DNA of 64,000 nucleotides from Alphaproteobacteria bacterium (GCA_965248825.1 CBDFKL010000004.1:18910-82909), one strand, 5' to 3'. Shown: positions 31,964 through 41,330, numbered from the stretch's first letter. A program made the numbers and translations. The notes: generated by a model not told the origin, from the letters alone.

Positions 31964-32010
31964 ATGTCCGATCATCATTTTTGGTTATCCGATGCGCAGT
32001 TTGCGGCTTC
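31964..32010 (+). mobile_element. IS5-family (IS427-group-like) transposase N-terminal remnant
   Basis: MSDHHFWLSDAQFAA resembles the M..LFWL(S/T)DAQ start of IS5/IS427-group OrfA. An AT-richer stretch lies immediately upstream (31900-31963). The frame runs straight into the nnr 3' end. Confidence 0.35.
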
Positions 32011-32026
32011 AGCCGCCGATGCTGCC

Positions 32027-33487
32027 TCACCCGGTCAGGGTCTGCAGAACGCCGGGCATCGTCTCGGTGAGGTCCTCGGCGATCAATCCGGGGCCGAAGG
32101 CGGCCGCCGCAGCGCCATGCAGCCAGACCGCTGCCGCCGCCGCCTCGAATGCCGGCATGCTTTGCGCCAGGAGGCCGAGGATCAGGCCGGCAAGAACGTC
32201 GCCCGCGCCGGCGGTGGCGAGTGTCGGCGGCGCATTGGCATTGATCGCCGCGCGGCCGTCGGGCGCCGCGATCACGCTGTCGGCGCCCTTCAGAACCACC
32301 ACCGCCCCGCACGCCGCGGCCGCGGCGCGGGCGCGGGTGAGCCTATCCTCCTCGTGGGAAAACAGGCGCTTGTACTCGCCTTCATGGGGGGTGAGGACGG
32401 CGTCGGCGCCGAGCGCAACGAAGAGCGTCGCCGGGTCGTCCTCGAAGGCGGTCAGGGCGTCGGCGTCGAGGACGCAGCGTTTCCCGGCCCCGAGGGCGCG
32501 CAGGGCTTGCTCGCGGGTCGTTGCGGTGACGCCGCAGCCGGGGCCGATCAGGAGCGCGTTCTTTCGCTCATCGGCGAGCGCCGCGCCGAGATCCGTCGCG
32601 GAACCGACCATCACGGCCGTGAGCTGGGCCGCATAGACCGGGATCGCGGCGTCGGGCGCGTGGACGGTGACCAATCCGGCGCCGACCCTGAGGGCCGCGC
32701 GGGCCGCGAGCCGCGCCGCCCCCGAATGCGCGCCGTCGCCGCCGACCACCAGCGCATGGCCGCGGCTATATTTGTGATCGGTGGGCTGCGGGTGCGGCAG
32801 GTGCGCGCGCCAGAGCAACGGGTCGTTCTCGTGCACCTTGATGTCCAGGGCTTCGATCACCGCTGGCGGAATACCGATATCGGCGACCACCAGCTCACCG
32901 GCGCGCTGCCGTCCCGGCAGCAGCAGGTGGCCGTATTTGCGCCGGCCGAAGGTCACCGTCAGAGTCGCGTTGAAGGAGCACCCGAGGGGCGCGCCGGTAT
33001 CGCCGTGGAGGCCGCTCGGCATGTCGACGGCGACGCAGGCGAGGCCTCGCTCGACGCTGGCGTCGGCGAGCGCCTTGGCCGAGCCGTCCAGCGCTCGGGT
33101 CAAGCCTGCGCCGAATAGCGCGTCGACGACCAGCGGCTCGCCCTCGAGCAACGCAAGACCGAGCGGCTCGACCGGATGCGCCCAGCGCGTCGCCATCACC
33201 GCGGCATCGCCGGTGAGACGATCGCGGGAGCCGAGCAGCCCGAGGCGGACCGGCCAGCCGGCGGCCTCCAGGAGCCGCGCGACGACGAAGCCGTCTCCGC
33301 CATTGTTGCCGGGGCCGCACAGCACCGAGACCGGCCGCGGCGCCCAGCGCCTCATGATCGCTTGCGCGACCGCTTGGCCGGCATTCTCCATCAGCGCCAA
33401 GCCCGGCGTCCCGTCCTCGATCGTCGCCGCATCGGCCGCGTACATGTCGGCCACCGAAAGCAGCGCGAGATCGCCGATCGCGGTCAT
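32027..33487 (-). CDS. nnr: Bifunctional NAD(P)H-hydrate repair enzyme (epimerase / ADP-dependent dehydratase)
   Basis: 486 aa with an N-terminal YjeF_N domain (GPGNNGGDGFVVARLL) and a C-terminal carbohydrate-kinase-like domain (KGADSVIA...ATAGAGDVLAG). Confidence 0.9.
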   Translation of the reverse strand: MTAIGDLALLSVADMYAADAATIEDGTPGLALMENAGQAVAQAIMRRWAPRPVSVLCGPGNNGGDGFVVARLLEAAGWPVRLGLLGSRDRLTGDAAVMATRWAHPVEPLGLALLEGEPLVVDALFGAGLTRALDGSAKALADASVERGLACVAVDMPSGLHGDTGAPLGCSFNATLTVTFGRRKYGHLLLPGRQRAGELVVADIGIPPAVIEALDIKVHENDPLLWRAHLPHPQPTDHKYSRGHALVVGGDGAHSGAARLAARAALRVGAGLVTVHAPDAAIPVYAAQLTAVMVGSATDLGAALADERKNALLIGPGCGVTATTREQALRALGAGKRCVLDADALTAFEDDPATLFVALGADAVLTPHEGEYKRLFSHEEDRLTRARAAAAACGAVVVLKGADSVIAAPDGRAAINANAPPTLATAGAGDVLAGLILGLLAQSMPAFEAAAAAVWLHGAAAAAFGPGLIAEDLTETMPGVLQTLTG

Positions 33488-34185
33488 TCGGGGGCGGTGC
33501 GAAAAAGATTGACCCGCATCGGTTGAGCGAACAGGTAATCGCCCGATTCCGTGCGGCCGCTCTCGAAGCGACGTCTCACGGTCTCGCTCCTCACCGCGTT
33601 GGCGCTGTAGCTGTTGTAGCTGAGACCGCTGAAGCGCTCGACGAAAGCGTCATGGCTCGCGAAGCGGATTTCGATTTCGTAGTGAATCTCTCGCTCGCCG
33701 GCGAAGAGCGATGCGGAATCGAGCAGCGCCTCGCGCGCTTGCCGGCGGACCTCGGTCTCGTCGTGAAACGGCCTGATGACCGCCGAGAAGGCCCCCTTCA
33801 TCACCGGCTCCAGCACACAGACGAAGCCGCCCGCGGCGACCGCCCGGTGCGCTTCGGCGAGCGCGGGCCGCATCGCGGCCGCCGGCACGTGATGGAGGGA
33901 GCGGCCGAAGATCACGCCGTCGACCGCGCCGTCCTCGACCGGCAAGGCTTCGGCCCGCGCCTCGGCGAAAGTCACGCCGGTGGTATCGGGGGCGGCGTGG
34001 TTGCGCGCGGCTTGCACCGGATCGGGTTCGACGGCGAGCACGGCGGCGCCGCGCTCCGCGAGCGCGCGGGCGAGGTCGCCGCCGCCGCAGCCGACATCGA
34101 CCACGCGGCACCCGTCCACCGCCACGAGGCGCTCCAGCACCGCAAGGTCGGTGCTCGCTCCCCAATGCTCTACGGTTCCAACCAT
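33484..34185 (-). CDS. Class I SAM-dependent methyltransferase
   Basis: Motif I VVDVGCGGGDLARAL. ATG 34185. The stop overlaps the nnr start (ATGA). Confidence 0.75.
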   Translation of the reverse strand: MVGTVEHWGASTDLAVLERLVAVDGCRVVDVGCGGGDLARALAERGAAVLAVEPDPVQAARNHAAPDTTGVTFAEARAEALPVEDGAVDGVIFGRSLHHVPAAAMRPALAEAHRAVAAGGFVCVLEPVMKGAFSAVIRPFHDETEVRRQAREALLDSASLFAGEREIHYEIEIRFASHDAFVERFSGLSYNSYSANAVRSETVRRRFESGRTESGDYLFAQPMRVNLFRTAPE

Positions 34186-34256
34186 GGTGCGAGGATAGCG
34201 GGCGCCGTTTGGCCGAGCCAGTGCGCAAGATCCGCGCCGCGCGTATAAGGAACCCC

Positions 34257-35603
34257 ATGACGCAGACCGACCCGAAACGGACGCAAGCACCGGCTTTGCC
34301 GCGCTGCCCGGACGCGGGTGAGATCGCCTCCGCCATCCGCGCCGGAGGCGAGACGGCGGAGGCCGCCTGCGCCGCGGCGCTCGACCGGATCGCCGAGACC
34401 GAATCGGTGATCCGGGCCTGGTGTCATCTCGATGAAGCCGCGGCGATGGAGCGGGCGAAGGCGCTCGACGCCGCGGGCCCGCGCGGTGCGCTCGCAGGGG
34501 TCGCGGTCGGAATCAAGGACATCATCGATACCGCGGATCACCCGACCGAGAACGGCACGGCTCTCGACCTCGGGCGCCGGCCGGCGGCCGATGCCACCGT
34601 CGTGCGCCGCCTGCGCGCGGCTGGCGCGCTGGTCCTTGGCAAGACCGCGACCACGGAACTCGCCTGCGGCGCCGCCGGCGCGACCCGCAACCCCCACGCG
34701 CCGGACCACACGCCGGGCGGCTCGTCCAGCGGCTCGGCCGCGACGGTGGCGGCCGGCGGGGTGCCGCTCGCCCTCGGCACCCAGACCGCCGGCTCCGTAG
34801 TGCGGCCGGCAGCGTTCTGCGGGGTCTGGGGAATGAAACCGAGCTTCGGCGCGATTCCGCGCACAGGCATCCTGGCGCTGTCGCACACGCTCGACCATGT
34901 CGGCGTCTTCGCGGGCTCGGCGCAAGACGTGGCGCGCGGGATCGACGTCATTTCCGGCGATGACGGGCTCGATCAGGCGGCCGCCGGGCGAGCGCCGACC
35001 CGCCTCGTCGCGGCCCTTTCCCCGCCGTTCGGGCGGCCCCGTCTCGCGCTGGTCCGCCAACCGGCCTGGGACGAGGTCGAGCCGGGCGCGGCGGCGGCCT
35101 ATGAGGCGGCCGCCGAGCGGCTCGGCGCGACGCCGCTCACCCTGGGACCCGATTTCGCGATGGCGGCGGCGGCGCACCGCGGCATCATGAGATGCGAGAT
35201 CGCCCATTACCTCGGGCCCCGGTTCGAGCGGGGCGCCGCGCGGCTTTCCGAGACCGCGCGCGAGCATATTCGCGCGGGGCGGGAGGTCGCCGCCGCCGCC
35301 TACCTCTCCCTGCTCGAGGAGGCGAACGCGATGCGCCGCGCGTTCGACGCCGCCCTCGGATCCTATGACGCGGCCCTCACGCCGGCGGCGCCCGGCGCCG
35401 CGCCGCCCGGCCTCGGTTTCACCGGCAGCCGGATGCAGACCATGCTCTGGACCCTGCTCGGGGTGCCGGCGGTCAACGTTCCCGGCCTCGAGCTGGGCGG
35501 GCTCCCGCTCGGCCTCCAGGTGATCGGACGGTTCGGCGCCGATGCCGCGACCCTTCGCGCGGCAGCCTGGTGCAGCGCGCGCTTGCAGGCAACGCGCAGT
35601 TGA
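34257..35603 (+). CDS. Amidase-signature family amidase
   Basis: GVAVGIKDIIDT (catalytic Lys region) and GGSSSGSAATVAAG. Start at ATG 34257. Confidence 0.8.
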   Translation: MTQTDPKRTQAPALPRCPDAGEIASAIRAGGETAEAACAAALDRIAETESVIRAWCHLDEAAAMERAKALDAAGPRGALAGVAVGIKDIIDTADHPTENGTALDLGRRPAADATVVRRLRAAGALVLGKTATTELACGAAGATRNPHAPDHTPGGSSSGSAATVAAGGVPLALGTQTAGSVVRPAAFCGVWGMKPSFGAIPRTGILALSHTLDHVGVFAGSAQDVARGIDVISGDDGLDQAAAGRAPTRLVAALSPPFGRPRLALVRQPAWDEVEPGAAAAYEAAAERLGATPLTLGPDFAMAAAAHRGIMRCEIAHYLGPRFERGAARLSETAREHIRAGREVAAAAYLSLLEEANAMRRAFDAALGSYDAALTPAAPGAAPPGLGFTGSRMQTMLWTLLGVPAVNVPGLELGGLPLGLQVIGRFGADAATLRAAAWCSARLQATRS

Positions 35604-35632
35604 CCGCACCATAGGGCCTGAGGGATCGACCG

Positions 35633-36748
35633 ATGACGCGATTTCATTTCGCCCATGCCGGCGGGCCGACCGGAGAAGCCGCCATCGAGGCCTGCCTGGC
35701 CCAGCTCGACATGGTGCGGCCGCCGCGCGGACTCGGGCTGGTCTATGTCACGGACGCGATCGGCGATCAGTTGCCGGCGGCGCTCGATCGCCTGAAGCAG
35801 GCGACGGGCTTGGACGAGTGGGTCGGCTCGGTCGGCATCGGTATCTGCGCCACGGGGCGCGAATATTTCGACGAGCCCGCCGCCGCGATCATGATCGCGG
35901 ACGTGGAGCCGGAGAGTTACCGGGTGTTCGAAACCATTCGCGACGATCTGGGGGAGTTCAGCCGCGACAATGGCGCGTGGATCGCGCGCACGCCCTCCCA
36001 TTTCGGCATCGTTCACGCCGATCCGCGCAACCAGCGCACCGCCGACATCATCGCCGATCTCGCCGATGAGCTGGACGGCTTCCTGGTCGGCGGTCTCTCG
36101 TCCTCGCGCGCCGTTCCGGCGCAGATCGCCGGCGGCGTCACCGAGGGCGGGGTGTCGGGCGTGCTTCTCGCCGAGACCGTCGCCGTCGCGACCGCGCTCA
36201 GCCAGAGCTGCACGCTGATCGGGGCGAGTCACGAGGTCACCGCGTGCCAGGCCAATATCATCGCCGAACTCGATGGACGGCCGGCGCTCGACGTTTTCAA
36301 GGAAGACATCGGCGAGCGGCTCGCCCAAGACCTGCGGCAAATCGGTGGCCACATCTTTGCGGCGCTGCCCGTCGCGGGGAGCGATACCGGCGACTATATG
36401 GTGCGCAACATCGTCGGTGTCGATGTCGACAGGCGGCTGATCGGGATCGGCGAGCTGATCGAGCGTGGCGCGACCGTTCAGTTCTGCCGCCGCGACACGG
36501 CCGCCGCGGAGGAAGACCTCGGCCGGATGGTCGCGTCGGTGAAGCGGCGGGCCGGCGCGGAGCCGCGCGGCGGGCTCTACTTCACCTGCCTCGCCCGCGG
36601 CCCCAACATGTTCGGCGAGGCCTCCAAGGAGCTGAAGCTGATCGAGCGCGCATTGGGCGACGTGCCGCTGGTGGGCTTCTTCTGCAACGGCGAGATCTCC
36701 CACAACCGGCTCTACGGCTACACCGGCGTCCTCACTCTTTTTCCGTGA
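35633..36748 (+). CDS. FIST-domain (FIST_N/FIST_C) sensory protein
   Basis: 371 aa. The layout and the C-terminal ...GFFCNGEI motif are typical of the FIST C domain. Confidence 0.6.
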   Translation: MTRFHFAHAGGPTGEAAIEACLAQLDMVRPPRGLGLVYVTDAIGDQLPAALDRLKQATGLDEWVGSVGIGICATGREYFDEPAAAIMIADVEPESYRVFETIRDDLGEFSRDNGAWIARTPSHFGIVHADPRNQRTADIIADLADELDGFLVGGLSSSRAVPAQIAGGVTEGGVSGVLLAETVAVATALSQSCTLIGASHEVTACQANIIAELDGRPALDVFKEDIGERLAQDLRQIGGHIFAALPVAGSDTGDYMVRNIVGVDVDRRLIGIGELIERGATVQFCRRDTAAAEEDLGRMVASVKRRAGAEPRGGLYFTCLARGPNMFGEASKELKLIERALGDVPLVGFFCNGEISHNRLYGYTGVLTLFP

Positions 36749-36749
36749 C

Positions 36750-37769
36750 CTAGCGGCGGAGATAGGCCTCCGCCAGGTCGCAAACCAGCGCGGCGATCCG
36801 GGGCGCGACGGTCTGAGCGCTCGCGGTGTCGCTGCGGGTGTGGACCCAGCCGAGATAGCTGAATGCCCGCACAAGGTCGAAGAGCGGCATCCGGGCCAGC
36901 TCTTCGTCCGGAAGGTCGCGCTCGCGGCGGTAGCCCTCGATCACCCCGGCGCGCATCGCCTCGAAGTAGTCGGCGCCGTGGAACATGGTCCAGACCGTTG
37001 CGAGGTCGAAGAGATGCCAGCCGAAACCGGCGTCGTCGAAGTCGAGCAGGACCACCCGATCGCCGTCGAGCAGCATGTTGTCGAGATTGAAATCGGCGTG
37101 GATCAGGCCGTAGCGCCGCGGCGGTTGCCCATAGGCGGTCAGATCTTCCCGCGCGCGGGCCCGTGCGCGGGCGATCAGGCGACGCTGCTCGGGACTCAGA
37201 TCATCGGCTTGCCAGAAACGGCCCCAGAGCGGGTCCGGGCCGACCAGCCCGTCCCGGTCCCAGGTATGGCGGACGAAGCCCTCGGGGAGCGGCCAGGCTT
37301 CGGCGTGATTGTGGAGCCGGGCGGCAAGCCGGCCGACGCCGCGGAAGGCCGTGCGGATATCCGGGATCGCCGGGTCGAGGCCGTCCTCGATCGTGCCGAG
37401 GGTCGCGCCGGCCATCCAGGTCAGCATGTCGACCTGGCGCGGCTCCGGCACGTCCTCGATCCGGGCCGTGGCGAACAGCGCGCCGGCTGAGGTCGGAATG
37501 ACCGCCGGCACGTCGATCCCGTCTGCGCGAAGCGCTTCCATCCAGATCAATTCGGAACGGAGCGCCTCATCCGTGTGGTAGCCGTAACGGTGAACCCGGA
37601 GCACCGCGTCCCGCCCGTCGGCGGCGGTCACACGGAACACGGCATTCTCGCGGCACTTGACGATCGCGGGTTCGCATCCGCTGACGCCCCATTGGGCAAG
37701 GGCTTCGATCGCGAGCGCCCGCAAGCGCTCAGACCGCTCGGCGAGTGGCAAGCGATAGAAGTCGGTCAT
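36750..37769 (-). CDS. APH/choline-kinase-fold phosphotransferase (hydroxylysine-kinase/homoserine-kinase-II-like)
   Basis: Catalytic loop LIHADFNLDNMLL and Mg site LLDFDDAGFGW. Confidence 0.8.
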   Translation of the reverse strand: MTDFYRLPLAERSERLRALAIEALAQWGVSGCEPAIVKCRENAVFRVTAADGRDAVLRVHRYGYHTDEALRSELIWMEALRADGIDVPAVIPTSAGALFATARIEDVPEPRQVDMLTWMAGATLGTIEDGLDPAIPDIRTAFRGVGRLAARLHNHAEAWPLPEGFVRHTWDRDGLVGPDPLWGRFWQADDLSPEQRRLIARARARAREDLTAYGQPPRRYGLIHADFNLDNMLLDGDRVVLLDFDDAGFGWHLFDLATVWTMFHGADYFEAMRAGVIEGYRRERDLPDEELARMPLFDLVRAFSYLGWVHTRSDTASAQTVAPRIAALVCDLAEAYLRR

Positions 37770-37784
37770 CGGCGCGGCCGGGCG

Positions 37785-39065
37785 CTAGGGCAGCGACGCA
37801 AGCGTGTCGTCGAGGGCGGCGAGCAGTTGATCGGCATCCTCGATGCCGAAGGGCATGGGTGGGCGGATCTTGAGCACGTTGTCGTGTCGGCCGGTCCGGC
37901 CGATCAGCACGCCGCGCGCGCGCATGCCGTTCATTACGGCATTGGTGGCGGTCGCGGCGGGCGCCTTGGTTGCCCGGTCGGTGACCAGCTCGACTCCGAC
38001 GAAGAGGCCATAACCGCGTGCCTCGCCGATCACCGCGTGTTTTTGCTGGAGCACGAGGAGGCCGTCCTGGATGTGGGCGCCGACGGCGCGGGCATTCTCG
38101 ATCAGGCCCTCGTTCTCGATCACCTCGAGCACCGCGCGGCCGACCGCGCATGCCACCGGATTGCCGCCGAAGGTGTTGAAATACATCGCCCGGCTGGCGA
38201 AGTCGTCGATCAGGTCGGGCCGGGCGACGACCCCCGCCAGGGGGTGACCGTTGCCCATCGGCTTTCCGAGGGTGACAAGGTCGGGCACCGCGTCGTAAAG
38301 CCGATGCCCCCACATCGCTGCGCCGGTGCGGCCGAGCCCCGGCTGCACCTCGTCCGCGATATAGAGGCCGCCGGCATCGCGTGTGAGCGCGACTGCCCTC
38401 TCCACATAGCCCGGCGGAATGGCCGGGACGCCCTCGGTCGCGAATACCGGGTCGAAGAAGATCGCCGCCGGCTTCATGCCGGCGTCGGCCATCGAGGCGA
38501 TGGCGTCTGCGACGTCGGCGGTATGAGCCTCCGCGGCAGCGGGCTCGACGCCATCGCGGAGGCGATAGGGATCCGGCACCGTGATCGTGCGAACGCGCGG
38601 ATCGATGCCTTCCGGCCCGATGAAGGCCGTGGAGAGCGCCGCGATCGTTGCGGAGTTCCCGTGATAGCAAAAGTCGGTGACGATGACGCCGTCATTGCCG
38701 GTGCAGGCGCGCGCGATCCTGAGCGCGAGCTCGCTAGCCTCGGTGCCCGAGCAGCAAAGGGCGACGCGCGCGAGGCTCTCGTCGAAGGTCGCGGTGAGCA
38801 TGTCGGCATAGTCGAGAATCCGCTCGTCCAGATAACGGGTCGAGAGGTTCAGCGTTTTGGCCTGCGTCGCGAGCGCCTCGACCACATGGGGATGGCAATG
38901 GCCGACATGGGGCACGTTGTTGTAGGCATCGAGATAGCACCGGCCATCGCTGTCCCAGACCCGGACTCCCTCGCCTCTCACGAGATGGAGCGGGCGTTCA
39001 TAGAAGAGCGGCGCACCGGCGCCGAGTAACCGATGCCGGCGTTCGAGCAGCGCATCGTCGGACAT
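37785..39065 (-). CDS. Class-III PLP aminotransferase-fold enzyme (possibly a phospho-lyase)
   Basis: LLGAGAPLFYERPLHLVRGEGVRVWDSDGRCYLDAYNN..., PLP-lysine region DLVTLGKPMGNGHPL. ATG 39065. Lies 15 nt upstream of the kinase gene. Confidence 0.85.
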   Translation of the reverse strand: MSDDALLERRHRLLGAGAPLFYERPLHLVRGEGVRVWDSDGRCYLDAYNNVPHVGHCHPHVVEALATQAKTLNLSTRYLDERILDYADMLTATFDESLARVALCCSGTEASELALRIARACTGNDGVIVTDFCYHGNSATIAALSTAFIGPEGIDPRVRTITVPDPYRLRDGVEPAAAEAHTADVADAIASMADAGMKPAAIFFDPVFATEGVPAIPPGYVERAVALTRDAGGLYIADEVQPGLGRTGAAMWGHRLYDAVPDLVTLGKPMGNGHPLAGVVARPDLIDDFASRAMYFNTFGGNPVACAVGRAVLEVIENEGLIENARAVGAHIQDGLLVLQQKHAVIGEARGYGLFVGVELVTDRATKAPAATATNAVMNGMRARGVLIGRTGRHDNVLKIRPPMPFGIEDADQLLAALDDTLASLP

Positions 39066-39164
39066 GATCGCCCCCCTTTTGCTTGCGAATTCATCTCGTC
39101 CTTCGCCTTGCCGCGAAGGGGAGTTCCGCTTTGCCTCACTTGCCGACTGCGCTAGACACGCCCC

Positions 39165-39932
39165 ATGAGCGTTGCTGTCAAGGCTCGCGGTGTCGTCAAG
39201 TCGTTCGGCGACAAGCCGGTGCTTCGGGGAATCGACCTCGAGGTGCCGCCGGCACGGTCGACCGTCCTGGTCGGCCCCTCGTCGAGCGGCAAGTCGGTGC
39301 TGTTGAAGTGCCTGCTCGGCCTGCTGCCGATGGATAGCGGTGAGGTCCACTATGACGAGACCGACCTCGCCAGCCTCGACAAGGGCGCGCTCGAGCGCTT
39401 GATGCGCGGTGTCGGCGTGTTGTTCCAGCAGAACGCGCTCTTCGACAGCCTGACCGTCTGGGAAAACGTGGCTTTCACGCTGATCCACGGTCAGGGGATG
39501 GGCCGGCGCGCCGCTAGGCGTCGTGCGCTGGAGACCCTGGCCTCGGTCGGGCTCCAGCCGGCGGTCGCCGACCTTTCACCGGCCGAGCTCTCCGGCGGCA
39601 TGCAAAAGCGCGCCGCGCTCGGCCGCGCCATCGCCGCCGAGCCCGCATTCCTCGTGCTCGACGATCCGACCGCCGGCCTCGACCCGATCCTGACCAATAC
39701 GATCGTGTCTCTCATTCGCGAGGCGATCGGCCGGACCGGCGCGACAGCGCTCGCGGTGACCAGCGATATGACCGTCGCCCGGCACGGCTTTGACCGCCTC
39801 GCCATGCTGCACGGCGGCGAAATCATCTGGCAGGGTGAGACCGGCGAGATCGACGCGAGCGGCAACGCCCATTTGGATCAATTGATCAACCGGCGCGCGC
39901 AGGGACCGATCCAAATGCGGACCGCGAAATGA
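39165..39932 (+). CDS. ABC transporter ATP-binding protein (MlaF-like), with no adjacent permease
   Basis: Walker A GPSSSGKS, signature LSGGMQKR and Walker B LVLDDPT. Confidence 0.8.
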   Translation: MSVAVKARGVVKSFGDKPVLRGIDLEVPPARSTVLVGPSSSGKSVLLKCLLGLLPMDSGEVHYDETDLASLDKGALERLMRGVGVLFQQNALFDSLTVWENVAFTLIHGQGMGRRAARRRALETLASVGLQPAVADLSPAELSGGMQKRAALGRAIAAEPAFLVLDDPTAGLDPILTNTIVSLIREAIGRTGATALAVTSDMTVARHGFDRLAMLHGGEIIWQGETGEIDASGNAHLDQLINRRAQGPIQMRTAK

Positions 39933-39962
39933 GCGCCCCGGTTTGAGCGTCCTCGAAGAGGG

Positions 39963-41330
39963 TTAGCGGATCAGGACGAAGAGGGCGCCGTCGCCGCGCC
40001 GGATGTTCAGCAGGAGCGGGCCGTCGGTCGCGCTCGCCATCCGGAGAATGTCGTCCGGCTCGCGCACCTTCTGGCGATTGACCGAGGTGATCACGTCGCC
40101 TTCCCGAAGCCCGGCATCCCAGGCGGGGCTGCCGGTTTCGACCCCGACGACGAAAACGCCGTTGACCTTCCCGTAGAGCGGGGACTCCTCGATCAGAGGG
40201 CCGAAAACCGCGCCCTTGAGCTTCGGTATTTGGTTCCCAGGCTCGAGTTTCGCTTCCTTGATCTCGCCCACCGCGAGATCGATCTCCATGGGGTGTCCGT
40301 CGCGCATGAGGACCAGCCGCACCGGATCGCCGACCCGAAGCATGCCGACCTTGTTGCGGAGATCGGCCGAGCCGGTCACCAGCTCGCCGTTCATCTCGAT
40401 GACCACGTCGCCCGCTTGGATCCCGGCCGCCTTCGCCGGCGTATCGGGGATCACCTGGCTCACCACGGCCCCCTGTTGACTGACGACCCCGAATGCCTCG
40501 GCGAGCTCGGGCGTCAGATCCTGAATCTGCACACCGATGCGGCCGCGCTGGATCTTTCCGTGGGTGAGGAGCTGATCCATGATCTGGCGCGCCATGTTGA
40601 TCGGGATCGCGAACCCGATCCCGATATTGCCGCCGCCCGGCGCGATGATCGCGGTGTTGATACCAACCAGCTCGCCCTTGAGATTGATCAGCGCGCCGCC
40701 CGAATTGCCGGGATTGATGGAGGCATCGGTCTGGATGAAATTCTCGTAGGATTCGATGCCGAGGCCGGAGCGCCCGACGGCGCTTACGATGCCCGAGGTG
40801 ACGGTCTGGCCGATCCCGAACGGGTTGCCGATCGCGACGACGTAGTCGCCGACCTTCAGATCATCGGAATCGGCAAGCGGGAGCGCGGTGAGCGACTCCG
40901 GGTCGATCTTGAGCACCGCGACGTCGGTATCGGGATCGGCACCGACCAGCGCGGCCTCGAGCTGCCGGCGGTCCGTCAAGGTCACGATGATCTCGTCGGC
41001 ATTCGCCACCACATGCTGGTTGGTGAGCAGGTAGCCGCGCTGAGCGTCCACGATCACGCCCGAACCGACGGAACGGCTCTGTCGCGGTTGTGGTTGCTGG
41101 CGCGGGCGTTCACCGAAGAACCGCCTGAAGAACGGATCGTCGAAAAAGGGATGCTGCCGCGCCTCGAATTCGCCTTTGGTCGCGATATTCACCACCGCCG
41201 GCGCGCTTTCGCTGACGAGCGGCGCCAGCGAGGGCACCTCGTCCGCCGTAAGGTGGGCGTCTGCGGGCGCTGTAGCCCCCAACGACGCCGCAAGGAGGAC
41301 AGGCACCAGGATCGGGAACGGGAAGCGCAT
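39963..41330 (-). CDS. Do/DegP/DegQ-family periplasmic serine endoprotease with two PDZ domains
   Basis: Signal peptide MRFPFPILVPVLLAASLGATAPADA and catalytic GNSGGAL. ATG 41330. Confidence 0.9.
   Translation of the reverse strand: MRFPFPILVPVLLAASLGATAPADAHLTADEVPSLAPLVSESAPAVVNIATKGEFEARQHPFFDDPFFRRFFGERPRQQPQPRQSRSVGSGVIVDAQRGYLLTNQHVVANADEIIVTLTDRRQLEAALVGADPDTDVAVLKIDPESLTALPLADSDDLKVGDYVVAIGNPFGIGQTVTSGIVSAVGRSGLGIESYENFIQTDASINPGNSGGALINLKGELVGINTAIIAPGGGNIGIGFAIPINMARQIMDQLLTHGKIQRGRIGVQIQDLTPELAEAFGVVSQQGAVVSQVIPDTPAKAAGIQAGDVVIEMNGELVTGSADLRNKVGMLRVGDPVRLVLMRDGHPMEIDLAVGEIKEAKLEPGNQIPKLKGAVFGPLIEESPLYGKVNGVFVVGVETGSPAWDAGLREGDVITSVNRQKVREPDDILRMASATDGPLLLNIRRGDGALFVLIR

Noticed and set aside
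34170-36874. 480-aa and 503-aa minus-strand ORFs opposite the amidase and FIST genes. Similar cases are 47247-49067 opposite the aldehyde dehydrogenase, 7035-8964 opposite LOG/icd, 9978-11159 inside alaS and 60677-61732 inside the Fe-S/FAD subunit genes.
   Set aside because: These are typical high-GC shadow ORFs with Arg/Pro/Gly-rich products. In each case the opposite or alternative frame carries clear catalytic motifs.
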